Positions 11,844 through 25,349 of a stretch of 64,000 bases of DNA are shown here, one piece after another. The notes below the pieces were generated by a model. That model worked only from the letters and a program-made list of their open reading frames with translations. It made no database searches and was not told the origin of the DNA. The stretch comes from Bilabrum cf. latius (taxonomy: Eukaryota): assembly GCA_965178125.1 (NCBI GenBank), contig OZ237746.1, positions 124,001 through 188,000 on the forward strand. Reading direction: 5' to 3'. Positions within the stretch are counted from its first letter, which is position 1. Each line of letters begins with the position of its first letter. Position numbers and translations under genes: made by a program.

Positions 11844-14800
11844 TCACTGTGGCACGCCTGGACCAGAGCATTGGACCACTTCCTTGACAGTCCCACACAC
11901 AACCATGCCCTGCAGAGCTACGTCCATGTCGCAGGAGAATCCGGTACGCAGTGGGGTGACATCGAGAACCAGGTCGAACATCTAGAGCGACTCCCTCGCA
12001 GCCTCTCTGTGCAAGACACCCACTTCGCCTCTGGAGGCGCCCCACTTTGCATTCCCTAGACCTACGGAAGTGTTGTCTAGGAATTCGCTAAGTGTAAGCT
12101 CGCCGCCGTTCAGCGTCCTCTGCCTGGCCTCCATTCCCAAGAGGCCAGAGCGCGCACGTCTGGCTAGCTCCTACTCAAGCCACTGTACCCTCGCATTGGC
12201 AATTACACGCGCCTCAGCGAGTGGCAGGCCCGGACTCAGACCTGGGGTCATCGTCAGCGTATGCCAAAGCATCTCCTTGAGGGTATCCTCTGTCGGCGGC
12301 ACCAGCACCAGCTCTCCCACTGGAGCAACCACACCATCAGTGGCGGCGCTGTTGCTTGCCGATGGATCCGCGCTCCAAGATGCAGGACCTGTCACCGCCG
12401 CATGAGTAGTGCGCTACTTGAAGGGATCTTCTCTCCCACTCCGTGTCCATCGATCCGCCTCATCCTCCAAGCCCCCGTCACTGCTGTCGTCGCTCATCCA
12501 GCCCTCTCGAGGCCCTGACCCTCGAACCCGCAGCAGCGCGGCGCCCTCGACCGCTCCGGGGTCTCTTTCGGATCTTATTTGATCGCCAAATTCACTGTCA
12601 ACGATTGATTCCGCAACAGATCCACCCAGATCCTCGCTAGCCTCCTCGCTCCTGTGCACCCCATCCTGCTACTTGCCCTGGGCCTTCCGCCTCCGCTTGC
12701 CGAGTCCCAGCATCTTGGTCCATGGCACTGCAGTGCTCCTGGCTGCATCCCTGAGAGCAAAGCGATCAACAAGGAATGGCTCCGACAAGGGTGAGGAAGC
12801 GCTCTCGGAGCCCTGGCTGCTCGGGGACTGCACTGGGGGGGCTTGACTCGCCGCCACTGATGCTGCCGAGGAAGAAGATGACGAAGACGCCGGAACTGGA
12901 CCGCCTTGCCGGTGGTGTGTCCCGCCCTTTGTCCCGCCGTCCAGGTCATTTTCCAGCCGGATTTGGGCAAGTGAGGACTCCAGCTTGCCGTCGAGCTGCA
13001 CGGTCACGACGCCATCGCGCACCACTCGCTTGGCCTTCTGCAATGAGCCTGGAGGGGCCAAGGATGGCGCCCCTCTCTGACTCTGACTCGGGCGAGTGCT
13101 CGGACCCTCTTCTCGCTTTCCTGAAGTTGGGTCGGTGCTCTCTTGTGCAGCACTACGCGCGATTGCTTGGCTTGGTCTCTGGGTGAGATTACGAATCAGA
13201 GCAGCGGTTAAGGCATCAGCAGCGGTTAAGGCATCAGCAGCGGGCTATGCATCAGCGGCGAGCACTGCCTCCATAATCGCCTCAGCACTTGTTGTACCCG
13301 TTGCTTCGGCTCGCTGCTCCTCCTCGTCCTCCTCCTCGTCCTCGTCCTCCTCGTCCTCCTTCTCGTCCTCCTCCTCCCCATCATTGGTGGCATCACCGAT
13401 GGGCAGCCCACTCGGGTCAGTGCCAGCCACCTCGACCATGAGCTCCGGTGCTACGTGAAATGGGTCTCTGGTCCCCACGGTTATGTATCTGCTGGTGACG
13501 AACCTTCGCTCCGGCAGAGCTGAAGCAGGTGGCAGGGCTCGACTCAAAGCGCGGGGTGCTTCCTTGTCCTTGATGTCATCATGGTGTGTCCCTGTTGCGT
13601 TGCTGGTCGATCCAGCCAATGGTCGCGATGAAGCTGGACCAGGGGCAGCGGTCTATTCGCCGGACACTTGCAAGCCTGCTGCCTCGGCTGCCCGTTCAAT
13701 CATGCCAGCTAGCTCGGTATCCTGCATGGCCGGGCGAGCGTCGTGCTCCATTGCATCTGCACTGCCTGAGTTTGCCTTCGATGGCTCTGCAAGTGCGCCG
13801 ACCAAATCGCCATCTGCTGCGGCGGTCCGCTCGGTATCCCTCGTTCCTGGCACAGCCAGCTTCTGCCTGACCCGGGCCGCGGCACTGCAGTCCACCGGTG
13901 CGAGCCATCGCATGCCAGTCCTGGAAGGCACGAAGGCCCTCCGCATGTTGCCATCGTCGCAGGCCGACTTGTCCCTTTGCACCTGCAGGCCAACAATGAG
14001 GGCCCCTTTACTTCGCACAATGCTCCACACCTTCTCCCTCTGCTCGAACGTCAGGTGCATGCGGTCCACGACCAGCAATGGACCAGGTGGGAGCACGGCT
14101 CGATGTTTCCCTGTTTGGTCCGTCACACTGGCACTGGCACTGACACTGACACTGGCACTTCGGCTTGCAACCCTGATGGTCTGCCGTGCCCGAACCGGTT
14201 TCATCGAGACGGATCCAGCGGCATGAACAGCGGATGATGTGGCAGACCCCTATGCATCCCGCTGGTGCACACCCAGGCTCATCTCATCTTTCTAGTCATC
14301 CAACAACGAGCCAATCGAGTCTTTCGGATCAATTGGAATCTCCTCCAGCAGTCTTCGCTTCATCTGCTTGTCATCCAACTTTACCCCCTCGCTCTCTCCT
14401 CCCGACCGATCCATCAAGTCAAGCCGAGGGATAACCTCCGTCGGTTTGCCCTCTCCGCCCAACAGATCCATCACATCAAGCCCAACGACAACCTCGATCG
14501 GTTTGTAGCACGCCCTAAACACCTCCAGCAGCTCCTGCTTCACTCGGTGGAAACTGCCGCCCAGGTCGTCCTGGGACACGCGCACTGACCCGTGGCCCGC
14601 CCGCCGCGCGAGCCACCGCGCGATGGTGGACTTGCCGGCGCCCTGCCTGCCCCGCATGATCACCACCACTGGCGGGGACCTCACGAGCGGCACCAGATTG
14701 CGGTCGGCGCAGAACCCGGCAAACCATGGGGAGCAAGCCGTCTGGAGCTGACGGATGCATCCGTACACGCCGGGATGTCGCGGCACGGTGGGATGGACTG

Positions 14801-17800
14801 GCTATCGAGATGACGAGTTTTTGTCCGCCCCGTTCGTGTCTTTTGCAGATGCTCCGCTTGCAGCACTGCTTGCTCCAATTTCATCCATATCCTACTGTGC
14901 CTCATCGCTCAAATCGGTCTGGCTGCGCATCGCACGCGTGGTGGCAACCCGGTCCAGTGCACAGCTCGCCACCTCGATGGGGATTGACTCCATCCCCGGC
15001 ATAGCGCGGGGCAGTTGCTGTGAAGCGAGCGTGGCGCGCTTGGCCCACCACCGGGCGCTCTTTGCAAGCCTGTCCTGCCGCACACGGCCCAGCGCATGCC
15101 ACGCGCTCGGGCTGTACTTGGCCTGCAGCAGCCCGCAAGGGCTGGGCCCTGGAGCGTCTGGGGTGCCCGAGCCCAAAGTTGCCTGTGCCACGGGTGCTGG
15201 TTCTATGCCAGCACCCATCACTACATCGGTGTTGAAGAGGCCCCGGTTGCCTGGCATCGTCTTGGCCCCAAACGGAATTAATGGGAGGCGACCAGTGGCC
15301 TAGTCCTAGCCCTGGCTGGCGGCTTCCAAGTGACTGCGCTCCTCGCTGGGAGCATATGGCGACTCAAACCAGTGGATGCTGTCGCAGGCGGCATGCGCGC
15401 ACTCCAAAAACGCGATACCGCTTGCCTCTTCATCTGTGTTAGCACTCATCTGCTTCTTCCAGCCCTCCATCCCCATCGACAGCTGCCGCTCAAAGTGCCT
15501 CACTAACGTCTCCTTTGCCGTAATGCTGGGCAGCCTGAAGCATGCGTACTGCTTCCCGAGCTCCTCCAGCTCAGCTCTATTCAGCAATCGGCCTTTTTCA
15601 GGCGGAGGCCCCTGCTGCTTGGCGTTCAGATGGTTGGCTTGCACGCCGGCCATGCCCACCGGAACGGCCCCTTGCACCCCGCACACCGCGAGAAGGCTCT
15701 CCTCTCGGAATGTCAGGAGCTTGTGCTCCTTGCTGCCTAGAGCAGCTAAATGCTCCCCAAGGAAGTGCTCAGGGACGGTGAACCGCAGCCCTGCATTCAC
15801 GGCCATGGCTAGGTCGCCCGCGCTGTGGTCGTCCTGGCCGTCGAACCGCTTCCTGCCAGCGGCATCTCCCACGAAGATGCTGCGCTCGTGGTCCACTTCC
15901 AGCCCACCGGTCAGGGCATGGATGGCCATGCATGCCATCTGCCAGCACCCGAGGCCAGGCTTCCTGCACCAGTCGTACGATGGCGCCATCACGATTAGCG
16001 CGGGCAAACCCGCGTTGCGAAGCATGTCTCGGATGCGTGATAGCCTCCCCAGTATCTGTCTTTCTTTGTTCTCACTGTTGGAGCTGTGCGCCAACCCGCC
16101 CTGGTTGGTGACCAGCACCACTAGGGGCAGCAGCAGCACCTCATGTCCATCGCTTGCGCTCTCATCGTCATCGCCGGGCACAGGGCCACTAGATGCCGCC
16201 AAACCACAATCAGCTGCGGCAGGTGCAGGTGCTGTGCAGGAAGATGAAGAGGAAGTTGAAGAGACAACGGGCGGCCGCTGCTCGTTTGATCGCCCCAATG
16301 CGGCTCCCCTCACTCCCCTGCCATCTCCCTCTGGATTTCTCCTTCTCCACGCCGCCATTTCCACCGCCCTCTACCGGATTCTCCTGGCAATCGTCCTGAA
16401 GTTGCCGCCCTGGAACCCTCGCTCGTTGCGGTTGCTCTCCACCAGCGTCCCATCGATGTCCATGGCAAGCACCTGCACACGGCCCTGCTGGGGCACTGTT
16501 CCCCGGACCAGCCGCCACTTCGGCTCTGATCGTCCATCTGAGCAATACCTAACGGTGTGCCCGTATGCTCTGGCCTCCTGCATCCAGTCCTGGCTGGCGT
16601 TCATGTAGCACACGCCGCCCACGGGCCCGTCCGTGGAGCGCGCCTGCCGGTTGGTGGGTGTCCTACCCAGTACGCCGTACGAGATCCACTGGTCACGTGG
16701 GATGGTCATCATCGCACGGGCGACAGGTGACACTGGCGCCGTCGATAGGTCCAGAAACTCTGACTGTGCTTCCTTTGCTCCACCTGTGCTGGTCCCAGCC
16801 TGTGAGCCGGCAGCGGCACCATCGCCCCCTGCACCTCCCTTGTTCCCTCCGAGCACCATCCGGTCCCGCACATGGCCGTCCCCTGCACCTCCCTTGTTCC
16901 CTCCGAGCACCATCCGGTCCCGCACATGGCCGTCCCCGGGCCACCCCACGAACACGTCCTGTGCGCCGGGTGCTGGTCCCACCGGTGGTCTGCCTGCCTC
17001 CCCACTCACCCGCCATGCAGTTGGATCCAGGCAGCCATCAGCACCCACACTGAACCTGGACCTGGCCCTCCTCACGAGCACGCCGCAGCCGAGCAGCCGA
17101 GTGACCTCTGCCGCGGCCTCCTGTGGACTGGTCCCATGGGGCGACATGCAGGCCAGCGTCGGGGCCAGCATCCGAATGCTGCCCTTGTGCTAGACTAGAG
17201 AGGGCGTGATGACGGGGGCACCACTGGGTGCGGAACCGGAGGAGGAAGAGGAAGAAGAAGCTGTACCTGGAGAAATAGAGCTAGCCACAGCCGGGCTACC
17301 CATGAGTGCGGCCGATGCCGATGCCGATGCCGATGCCGATCCACCACCGCTGCTACGCATCGGCACGCTGGTACCGGTGGCCCCGGAGGCACCTGGCCCA
17401 GACATAGCACTTGACGCGCCAGCCTCACCAGACTCGTCATCATGCTCACCGTGCATAGGTGCAGGGAACTGCAGTGCTGCGAGTCGCAGCTGAGCGGCGA
17501 GGGCCGGACCGCTTGCTGCCTCGCACCACGCGATGCGCCTGGCTGTCCCGACCGGTGGTCTGTCGGCGACCGGCAGGGACAGGCCGGGGACCCAGGGAAC
17601 AGCGGGGGCGTAGTCCAGCCCGCTTGGATCCGGTGGGGGCTTTGCCTTCTCTTCCTCTGCCTTGGCTGCTTCGTAGGCTCGCGCTCTGGCCGCCTGCTTC
17701 TCTCTGATCCGGTCAGTCAGGCTTAGCTGGCCTCGTGATGAGGGCTGGCTTTGCTACAGCTGCTGTCGCTGGTGCTAGATCGCCACGGCAATTGCAGTGG

Positions 17801-18485
17801 CTTCCGCAGCGGCAGATCCGCGGAATGGCTGTGATAGTCCAGCCTATGATGCTTCCACGCGCCTCCGCTTGCTCGGTGACACCAGGCCGGGAGCCGCTGA
17901 GAGAGATGCAGCGCCGCCAGCAGCACCATTGCCCCCCTAGCCCTGGCCCCCCTGGCCCTGCTCACTGTCGCTGTCAGAGTCCAGGTCGATCACCAGGGGT
18001 CGCTTGTCACCTGCGTTGCTACCAATTCCAGCATTCTGCAGCTGCCCTGTGGCAGCGCCGCTTGCGACCTGTGGGCCCGCCGGTGCGCTGGTCGACCGAG
18101 CACTTGCTTCGGCCCCGCGATGCAGATCTGGGGGGCTCATGCCAGGCGCGAAATAACGATGCCGGTACTTGTCCCTGCTGACCACCTCTCCACGCCTGAT
18201 GCATTCGTCTATCCAGCCCTTTCTAACAATGTCGATTGGCCTGTGCGGCGGACGCAGCAGGCCGTCTGGTGTTGGAGGCTTACTTCGCATATACAGGTTC
18301 GCATGGGTTGCCTGAAGCGAGCTGTGCGGAGATACTACCACTGCAGACGCTAAAATCGTGATGTCTGGCGCCATCCGCCGCAAGAATATGCTTTTACGCA
18401 ACCTGGACTGCTTGTCAACGAGCGCTACATACTTTCGAACTGTGTTCTTTGAAAAAGCCTGATCAACCGCAAAGACTACGTCCAT
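11844..18485 (-). CDS. PNKP: BRCT plus polynucleotide kinase 3'-phosphatase (PNKP-like) protein, ~2213 aa (TAG=Gln)
   Basis: A single 6.6-kb frame runs from ATG 18485 to TGA 11844-11846 with ~18 TAGs and no TAA/TGA. It has a BRCT-like IVRKGWIDECI. HAD phosphatase motifs are MDIDGTL, VTNQGG, RKPGLG, FVGDAAGR and DHSAGDLAMAVNAGLRF. The kinase P-loop is MRGRQGAGKST followed by VSQDDLG. Confidence 0.85.
16826..16937. repeat. Tandem 54-bp duplication in the PNKP-like gene (GDGHVRDRMVLGGNKGGA x2)
   Basis: Identical units start at 16826 and 16880. Confidence 0.9.
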
Positions 18486-18843
18486 TCGATGTATATATCA
18501 ATTTTATAATGGATCTGATACACTCAGTCGCAAAGTACCCTTGTATGTGAAATGAATTGCAGTTGAAGCACACTTTGAATTCGCACTCGTCATCATGAAT
18601 GGTCGCTGGCTGTGGTCTGGTGGTCGGACGCCCCCCGGTGGACCCCAATCGGAATCTGACGAATGTCAAATACTTGTCAATGGCCAGCCAGACGAATATG
18701 GCACCAAGGTGGCGCTATACAGGCGAATTGCTCTTTCGTTTTGGTATAGAGCTGGCCAAAGCAGTCCGAGAGCAAAATCAAACTTTGTAGCGTGTTGGTC
18801 GCCGGCAACAAGGCACGCTAACGTTGTTCAAGCACAGGCTCCA

Positions 18844-21800
18844 ATGTCTGGCTCTGGTGACCTCGAAAAGTACTATGACAGATCCAAGATACCAAAACAT
18901 GACCCCGATAAGTTCAAGGGGAAAGTTCTTCGACCAGCGGTAAGGACGGCTGTCGCATCATGCATCGGGCATTGATTGGCATGCAAAAACGGATTTGCAT
19001 GGTCGCTGCCACTTTTCTCACACTGCAGACATTTCGGGCTTTCCTTAACGATTATCAAGTTTCTGTGGCCGAAGCCGCACAGAGAGCCGCAGTCGACCCA
19101 GCAATGCTGCAGCAATGGCTCACTGGTAAGATGCGCTGCAAGCGTACTACATCGACTGCTGTAGTACGCCTCGCCTTTCAGCCCCCGGCGAAATGCCGCA
19201 ACTTCGTTACGATGCGCCTAAGTATTTGCCATCTTTTCCGGCATAGCAATGACTGGCAAACGCAAGGCTTCGAGAATTGCTCGTGATACTTGTACCTTTT
19301 TCAGATTCTGTCGATCAACCGGCAGCGCTTTGTTCGCGATAATTTGGTTATCGCAGGCTCCATGCGGAAGAATCCGCAAGTTCGAAAGTTTCTAGTGCCG
19401 CGTTTAATCGCCTTTAAGTACGAGGAGCGGGAGTTCCGGAAGCGAGCGTTACAAGCCAAGCGAGAGCTGGGCCAGGCCGACGAGACGGAGCTGCAGCAGC
19501 ACCCGCAAATGGCGCACGTGCCCATGCATTCGCTCACGCACAGACCTAACCACATCGATGGAATCCAGTCTGGATTGGCCACGAGTGGCGGCCTCAGCAG
19601 CAGCGGGGGAGGAGCCAGGATGCAGCAGGCCGCCCTGGGAGCCGGACTCGGAAGCGCCCTTCTTGCGGCAGCAGCAGGTGGCGGGCTCGGGGGGAATCCG
19701 TGGGCGAGTATCACCGCAGGAATGGGGGGGCTTGCCCCCTGGTCGGGGTCTGTGACCCCGAATCTGCTGGGGGGTCGCACCACCCACCCGGGGGGTGTGC
19801 AGGTGGGTCCCCCTGGCTTCATGCAATCCATGCTCCCGCATTCGCAGGGAGCAATGCCGCCCACATCGGCGTACATGCAGGCCACCACCGCGGGCATGCA
19901 GCCCCGCCCGGACGTGCCGGACAGCAGCCGAACGAGCGGATGGGCAGCGAGCTCGCCTGCCTCCAGCCACGCCCCCTCTGCTGTCCCCCTGGAGTCGCAG
20001 GTGGTGGCCCCTGGTTTCCCCATGGTAAGAGCAGGGGATGGCAGCCGCCCTGCGGTGTCCTCTGCCGGGTCTACACACGCAGCATAGGTGGCACCTGGCA
20101 GCAGTGCTGGGGCTGGGGCTGGGGCTGCAGGTGCCAGCGGTGCTGCTTCAGGCGGTGCTGGCATGTCTGGCGCGGAGGGCCCACCCGCTCTGCTGCATGA
20201 CTACACCACCATGCTGCTGTGGAGGGCGCTGCATGCTGCGGACGGGGCGGGTGGATCGGGGAATGCATCGCACGGTGGTGCTGCCCAGGGCCGCAGGGGT
20301 CCCATCAAGAGGAGGAGGCTTGAGCGAAGGGGCGCCCGGGGAGCCTCCAGAGACCATGGGGATGATGAGGACAGCATTGATGTGCCGCACCACCACCACA
20401 TCCACGACCCGATCGGGGGGGAGGTGCTGATCGCAACAAGCTCGCAGGCGGCGTGGTGGGATAGGCGCGCACACGCCGCGGTCACAGCTCTGACCAGATC
20501 AGCGAGGATGGCGGCAGCTGCGGTGAGTCAGGTGTCAGGTGGCAGCCCCCCTCTGGTGCCAGGCGCACCTGCTGGGGCGAGTGCGACATCAGGTGCTGCT
20601 GCTCCAATGATCGGCTCCGACATCCCAGCCGGAACGGCGCAGCCCGCCCTGCCGCCTTCGTCTTCGTCCTCATCCTCTTCTTCACCGTCGCAACCTCTGG
20701 CCCAGCATGCCGCCGCAGAGGGGGAGAGGACCCTGCCATCCACGCTGCTTCATGGCTTTGAAGCACTCGCTAGAGCTGTGTTCAGGCTTCACGGTGGTGC
20801 GGGTACGCACGGCAGCAGCACCGCCAGAAAGGCTCCTCCAAAACCTGCCACCAGTGACGATAGGTTTGCAGCGGCTGGGTACGCAGCCTCCGCCCGCCGC
20901 GTGTCCCACCACCTGAGGCACTGCCTGCACCAGGCAGCAGAAGCGGCTATCGAGGCCTGCAGGGTGGAGAGAAGGGCGGTGGCGCAGCTGCATGAGGGCG
21001 GTGCCTTTAGGGACAACGGTGAGAGGGCCGTCGCCCAGAGCAGCAGGGATGGCAGAAGATCGGTGGCGGACAGCAACGGACCGTCCACTAAAACCGCCTT
21101 TGATCTGGCGGAGAAGCAGGCAGCTGCAGCCTGCGTGGCTGCTCTAGACTCGGCCTGTGCCGCTGCGTGCGTGTGCATCATGGAGGCGTCCGGGGTGCTG
21201 CAGGCGTGCAGGCAGTAGGAGAACAAGGGGAGCGGGAGGTCCATCCGGCTGCCTCCGCCCGAGGCCAATGCCCTGGTGCGGGAGTCGCTGTCTGTGGTTG
21301 AGGAGGTGGTGCTCTGCTGCGCTCGGCTGGCCAGGAGCAAGAACATGAGGAGGACAGCCATAGGGGCCGGGGAGAGTGGTACTAGTGCGAGCGAAGGGAA
21401 GAGCGCCGACGCACGTGGCGCCAAAACCAAGAACAACGAAACGGGCCCTGAGCAGGGCAGTGGCGAGCAATAGAGGACCGGCCCTGACTCCGCGCTGGAT
21501 ACGACCAGCTCATCCGCAAGAGGGAAGAAGGAGGCCCGTGCAAGCGGGGGCTCCTCCTCGTCGTCGTCTGCAGCTCTGTAGTGGTGGCAGGATCACGACG
21601 GGGGCGCGGTCGGGCTGGAGGAGCTTGCCATGGACGCGCCATGGCTGCCGACTGTCACCGACCTGATGCAGCACGACGCTCGCAGCAAGTGGGGGACGGA
21701 CTCTGGTGGCTCGGGTGTGGAGGGCAAGGGGACAGGCTCTGGTGGCTCGGGTGTCTCGGGTGTGGAGGGCAAGACGGCATCGGGAGCCGGACTAATGTCT

Positions 21801-24800
21801 CCGGGGGGCAGCAGTGTGGGCCTGCACAGGCAGCGGAACAGGGGCATGGTGGCTGCGGGCTCTAGACGGAGCAGCCAGCCCGACCTCAAGGCCCTGCAGG
21901 TGAAGGCCGACGTCGATAGAGAGGCGGCGGGCAGTCCCGGAGGTGCCAGCCGAGATGGCGGCAGTAGCCATGACAACGACAAGCCGCCGGGCGGGATCCG
22001 CATGTCGGTCAGCGAGGTGTCCTTGACCAGGAGCGAAGGACCGGGGGCCAGCGAGTCCGGGCTTGGTGATGGACGCGCTCCTGGAGACGGGGCACATGAC
22101 CATGCCCATGCCCATGCCCGTGATCAAGCTCAGGGGCCAGCCGCAGGACCAAGCCCGGACAAACAGGTGGGCATGGACATAGACGGCGGCGATGCGGGCT
22201 TCGATGGCGGCGCGGAGGGACACTTTCAGAGCATCGTGCCTCGCGACATGGGGCTGGGGCTCGCGGACGGGTCGAGCTTCGGACCGGGGCATGCTCGACG
22301 AAGGCCCCCTTCGCCCACGTTCTCGCAGGTGTCTCAGCTATCGGGCCGCAGCTCCAGCCGGCTGTTCCAGTTCGAGTGGCTGCCGTTCCAGACAGAGAGC
22401 CAGGGCGGCGGCTCGAGCGTGTCTGCCGGGCGATCGACCGCGGAAGCGAGCTCGAGCTCGACAGGCCCCCGGGTCCCAGCGCAGGTGACCCAGCTCTTTG
22501 GGGCGGAGGACCAGCCCGCCTTGATGCAAGCACAGGCGCAGGCTGTAGGAGGGGGCCAGTCAGCGGATCTTGCCGTGAATGCGAATGCAGTCGCACAGAG
22601 GGGCGGTGTGGGCCAGGACGACGAGTCCTGGGACGGCCTCTCCTTGCCGTCGCAAGCAGCCCCTACCGCTGCTGCTGCCGGTGCTAGTGCTGCTAGTGCT
22701 GCTGGTGCTGCTGATGGTGCGGGTGCGGGCGCTGGTGCTGGTGCTACACCTCTCGAATCGCCCAACGCATCTGCACCCGCACCTTTGCACGAGTCTGTGG
22801 CCTGGCGCCTGGTGGCCGTGGCCTCCGTCGCGTGGCGGGCCATGCGACAAGCAGCCGTGGCAGCACAGACCAGGGCCAGCCAGACCGTGTGCCTCCGGGC
22901 TGCCGTGGACGCCGCGGTGATGGTCCGCTCTCTGCTGCAGGCTCTCCCCGTGCCCCTCCTGCTGCCAGTACCCAGAGAGGCCGCCATGCAGCTGGTGCAT
23001 CCATCGGAGGAAGGCAAGCTGATGGAATCGGGCGGCGAGGAGGGGAGCGCCAAGATCGGCGACAAGCGCGCCCGGGACCAGGCTGCGGGCGACGGTTCGA
23101 GCAGCAGCGACTCTGCCAGCATCAACAGCACAGGCGCCGGCCTGCGGCAGCGGCTGTCCCTCTCTGAGCTGAGGCAGCTGTGGGGCCACCACCACGTCAT
23201 CGTGCACCCGCAGGTGGTTGCAACCGAGTGGGTGCACTCCAGGCCGCTGCTGCGCTGCGCCGAGGGTCTCATGGGCCATCGGGCAGGCTGGGAGGTGCAG
23301 GAGGCTGCTGGCAGGCTGGCCCCGCTGGGAAGCCGGGAGCACTTCCACCCGCGGCAGTACAGGATCTCAGGGCCCAGGAAGGGAAGCTCGGGGAACAAGG
23401 GGGGTGGAGGCAGCGGCGGCGGCCGGGGAACAAGGGCAAGGGACATGTTCCGCAACGCCGCGGTGGGCCACTTCGCCCCCGGCGAGCTGCCCCCCGGTGT
23501 GCCGGGTGCAGCCTTCGTCCTAGCCAGCCGACCTAGAGGGGAGGACGGGCACCAGCAAGGACAGGGGCAGGGGGAGGGGCAGGGGCAAGGGAGTGGAGGC
23601 ATGAAGAGGAGCAGGTCTGGGAGCGACCTCGCCGAGCAAATGGGACTGTCGAAAGAGGCCTCGAGGCTGGACGCCCTCGTGTCCATCGCAAGCATAGAGG
23701 AGCCCGCGGGGGGACAGCGGGGCAAGGGTGGGGCGGGGAGCGGCGCAGGCAGCAGCAGCGGCAGTCGCCCGAGCAGCCGACCGGACAGCAGCGGCGGCTC
23801 CCGATCCAGGAGCATTTCCGGCTCCGATTCCTCGGATATGCGGTTGGGCGACTTGGGTGCTTCTAAGCTTGGAGGAGGCACGCCCCGGTCTGGAGACTAC
23901 CAGGGACTGCAGCGCACTGCGGCGCACAATGGGGGGCATGTTGGGGGTGCTGTGGCCTCGGGTGGTCTAGTTGTTGGTACCGGTGGGGGCATCGGTGTAG
24001 CGGGTGCTGGCACGGGCTTGGGACCGTAGGAGACTGCACCGATAAGCGCCGCGGCAGGTGCTGCGGCAGGTGCTGGTGCAGGTGCTGTAGCAGGTGCTGG
24101 TGCAGGTGCGCACAATCAACTGGCCGCCCTGCTGCAGGCAGTGGGTGCGGGTGCAGGCGGTGCAGCGGGCGGACTGAGCCCAGCTGCCCTCGCTGCCCTC
24201 GTGGATGTCCAGCACCAGGCGGCCCAGCTGTACCACATGGACGCTCTCCCACTTGGCGGGGGACAGCGGCCTCGGAGCGGGTCCTATGTGAGACAGGGGG
24301 CGGCAGGTGGGGCTGCGGGTGCCGGCGTGCTGGGTGCGTTGGGGATGGGAGCCGGGGCTGGACTGGGGCTCAACGGCATGGCGCTGCTCTAGCTGCAGCA
24401 GCTGCAGCACCTGCAGCAGCTGCAGCGCATGAAAGAGGCCCAGATGCATGCCGCCATCTAGTCGCAGGCGCAGGCGCACGCGCTGTCCATGCAGAGGGGG
24501 GCGCCGTAGGGTGCAGGGCATGGTGGTGCAGGCACGAGCACCAGCGGGGGTGGAGCGGCGACGTCTGCCAGTGGGGCCGTGTATCCGCCGGCAATCGGCA
24601 GCGGTGGCTTTGCTCCTCTCGCGAGCTCAAGCAGCAGCAGCAGCAGCGGTGGTTTTGGGATGGGTGCGCTGGCAGCTGCTTCCATGGCTGGCAGTGGCAG
24701 TGCTAGCGGCGGGCCCCCTGCGTCCACCAGCACTGCCACTGCCAGTGGGTGGCCTGGTGCTTCCCAGGCTGCCAGTGGATTGGGTGCGAGCTCTAGCCTC

Positions 24801-24878
24801 GGCATGCCGGCTTCCGGCGGGGTGCCTGCGAGTGGGCCGGCGGGTGTCCCTGGTTCTTTCCAGCTCCCGGCTTAGAAC

Positions 24879-24918
<40 letters not shown>

Positions 24919-25121
24919 TCGCGCAGTTGTAGCAGCTCCTGTCGCAGAATCCCGGCCTGCTGGCCCTCCGTGGACATTTCTTTGATGAAGCAACGAATGC
25001 CACGATGCAGGCTGGCATGCAACGCAGGGTGCCGCCCAGTGGCAGTGCGAGTTTTTCGGCTGGAGGGAGTGCGCCTGCTAGTGGTGCAATATCCCAGAGC
25101 ATGCCGTTCCAAGGGCAGTGA
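18844..25121 (+). CDS. Large low-complexity protein with N-terminal XRE/lambda-repressor-like HTH and C-terminal poly-Gln; putative transcription regulator (TAG=Gln; introns 18940-19028, 19164-19304)
   Basis: Exon 2 encodes FLNDYQVSVAEAAQRAAVDPAMLQQWLTGK. Frame 19305-25121 is broken only by ~10 TAGs, several inside Gln-rich runs. The stop is TGA 25119. The second donor site was chosen to keep the frame. Confidence 0.72.
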
Positions 25122-25349
25122 AGCGGCGGCATGCACTGATCTGGAATGCATGCATTTAAAAAACAAATAAACGAATGGCGAGCCAAACGATCCGTACTAC
25201 TAGTAGACGGTCTGCCATGGCCCAAGTTGATTGACGCAGATTTAACGTACCCGGCATCGGGCACAGCTCCATTACAAACAAAGTGACAATTCGAACGATG
25301 CTCATGCAATGGCCTAGTCTGCCGCGGAGGCACTGGCAGCCGGTCCAAC

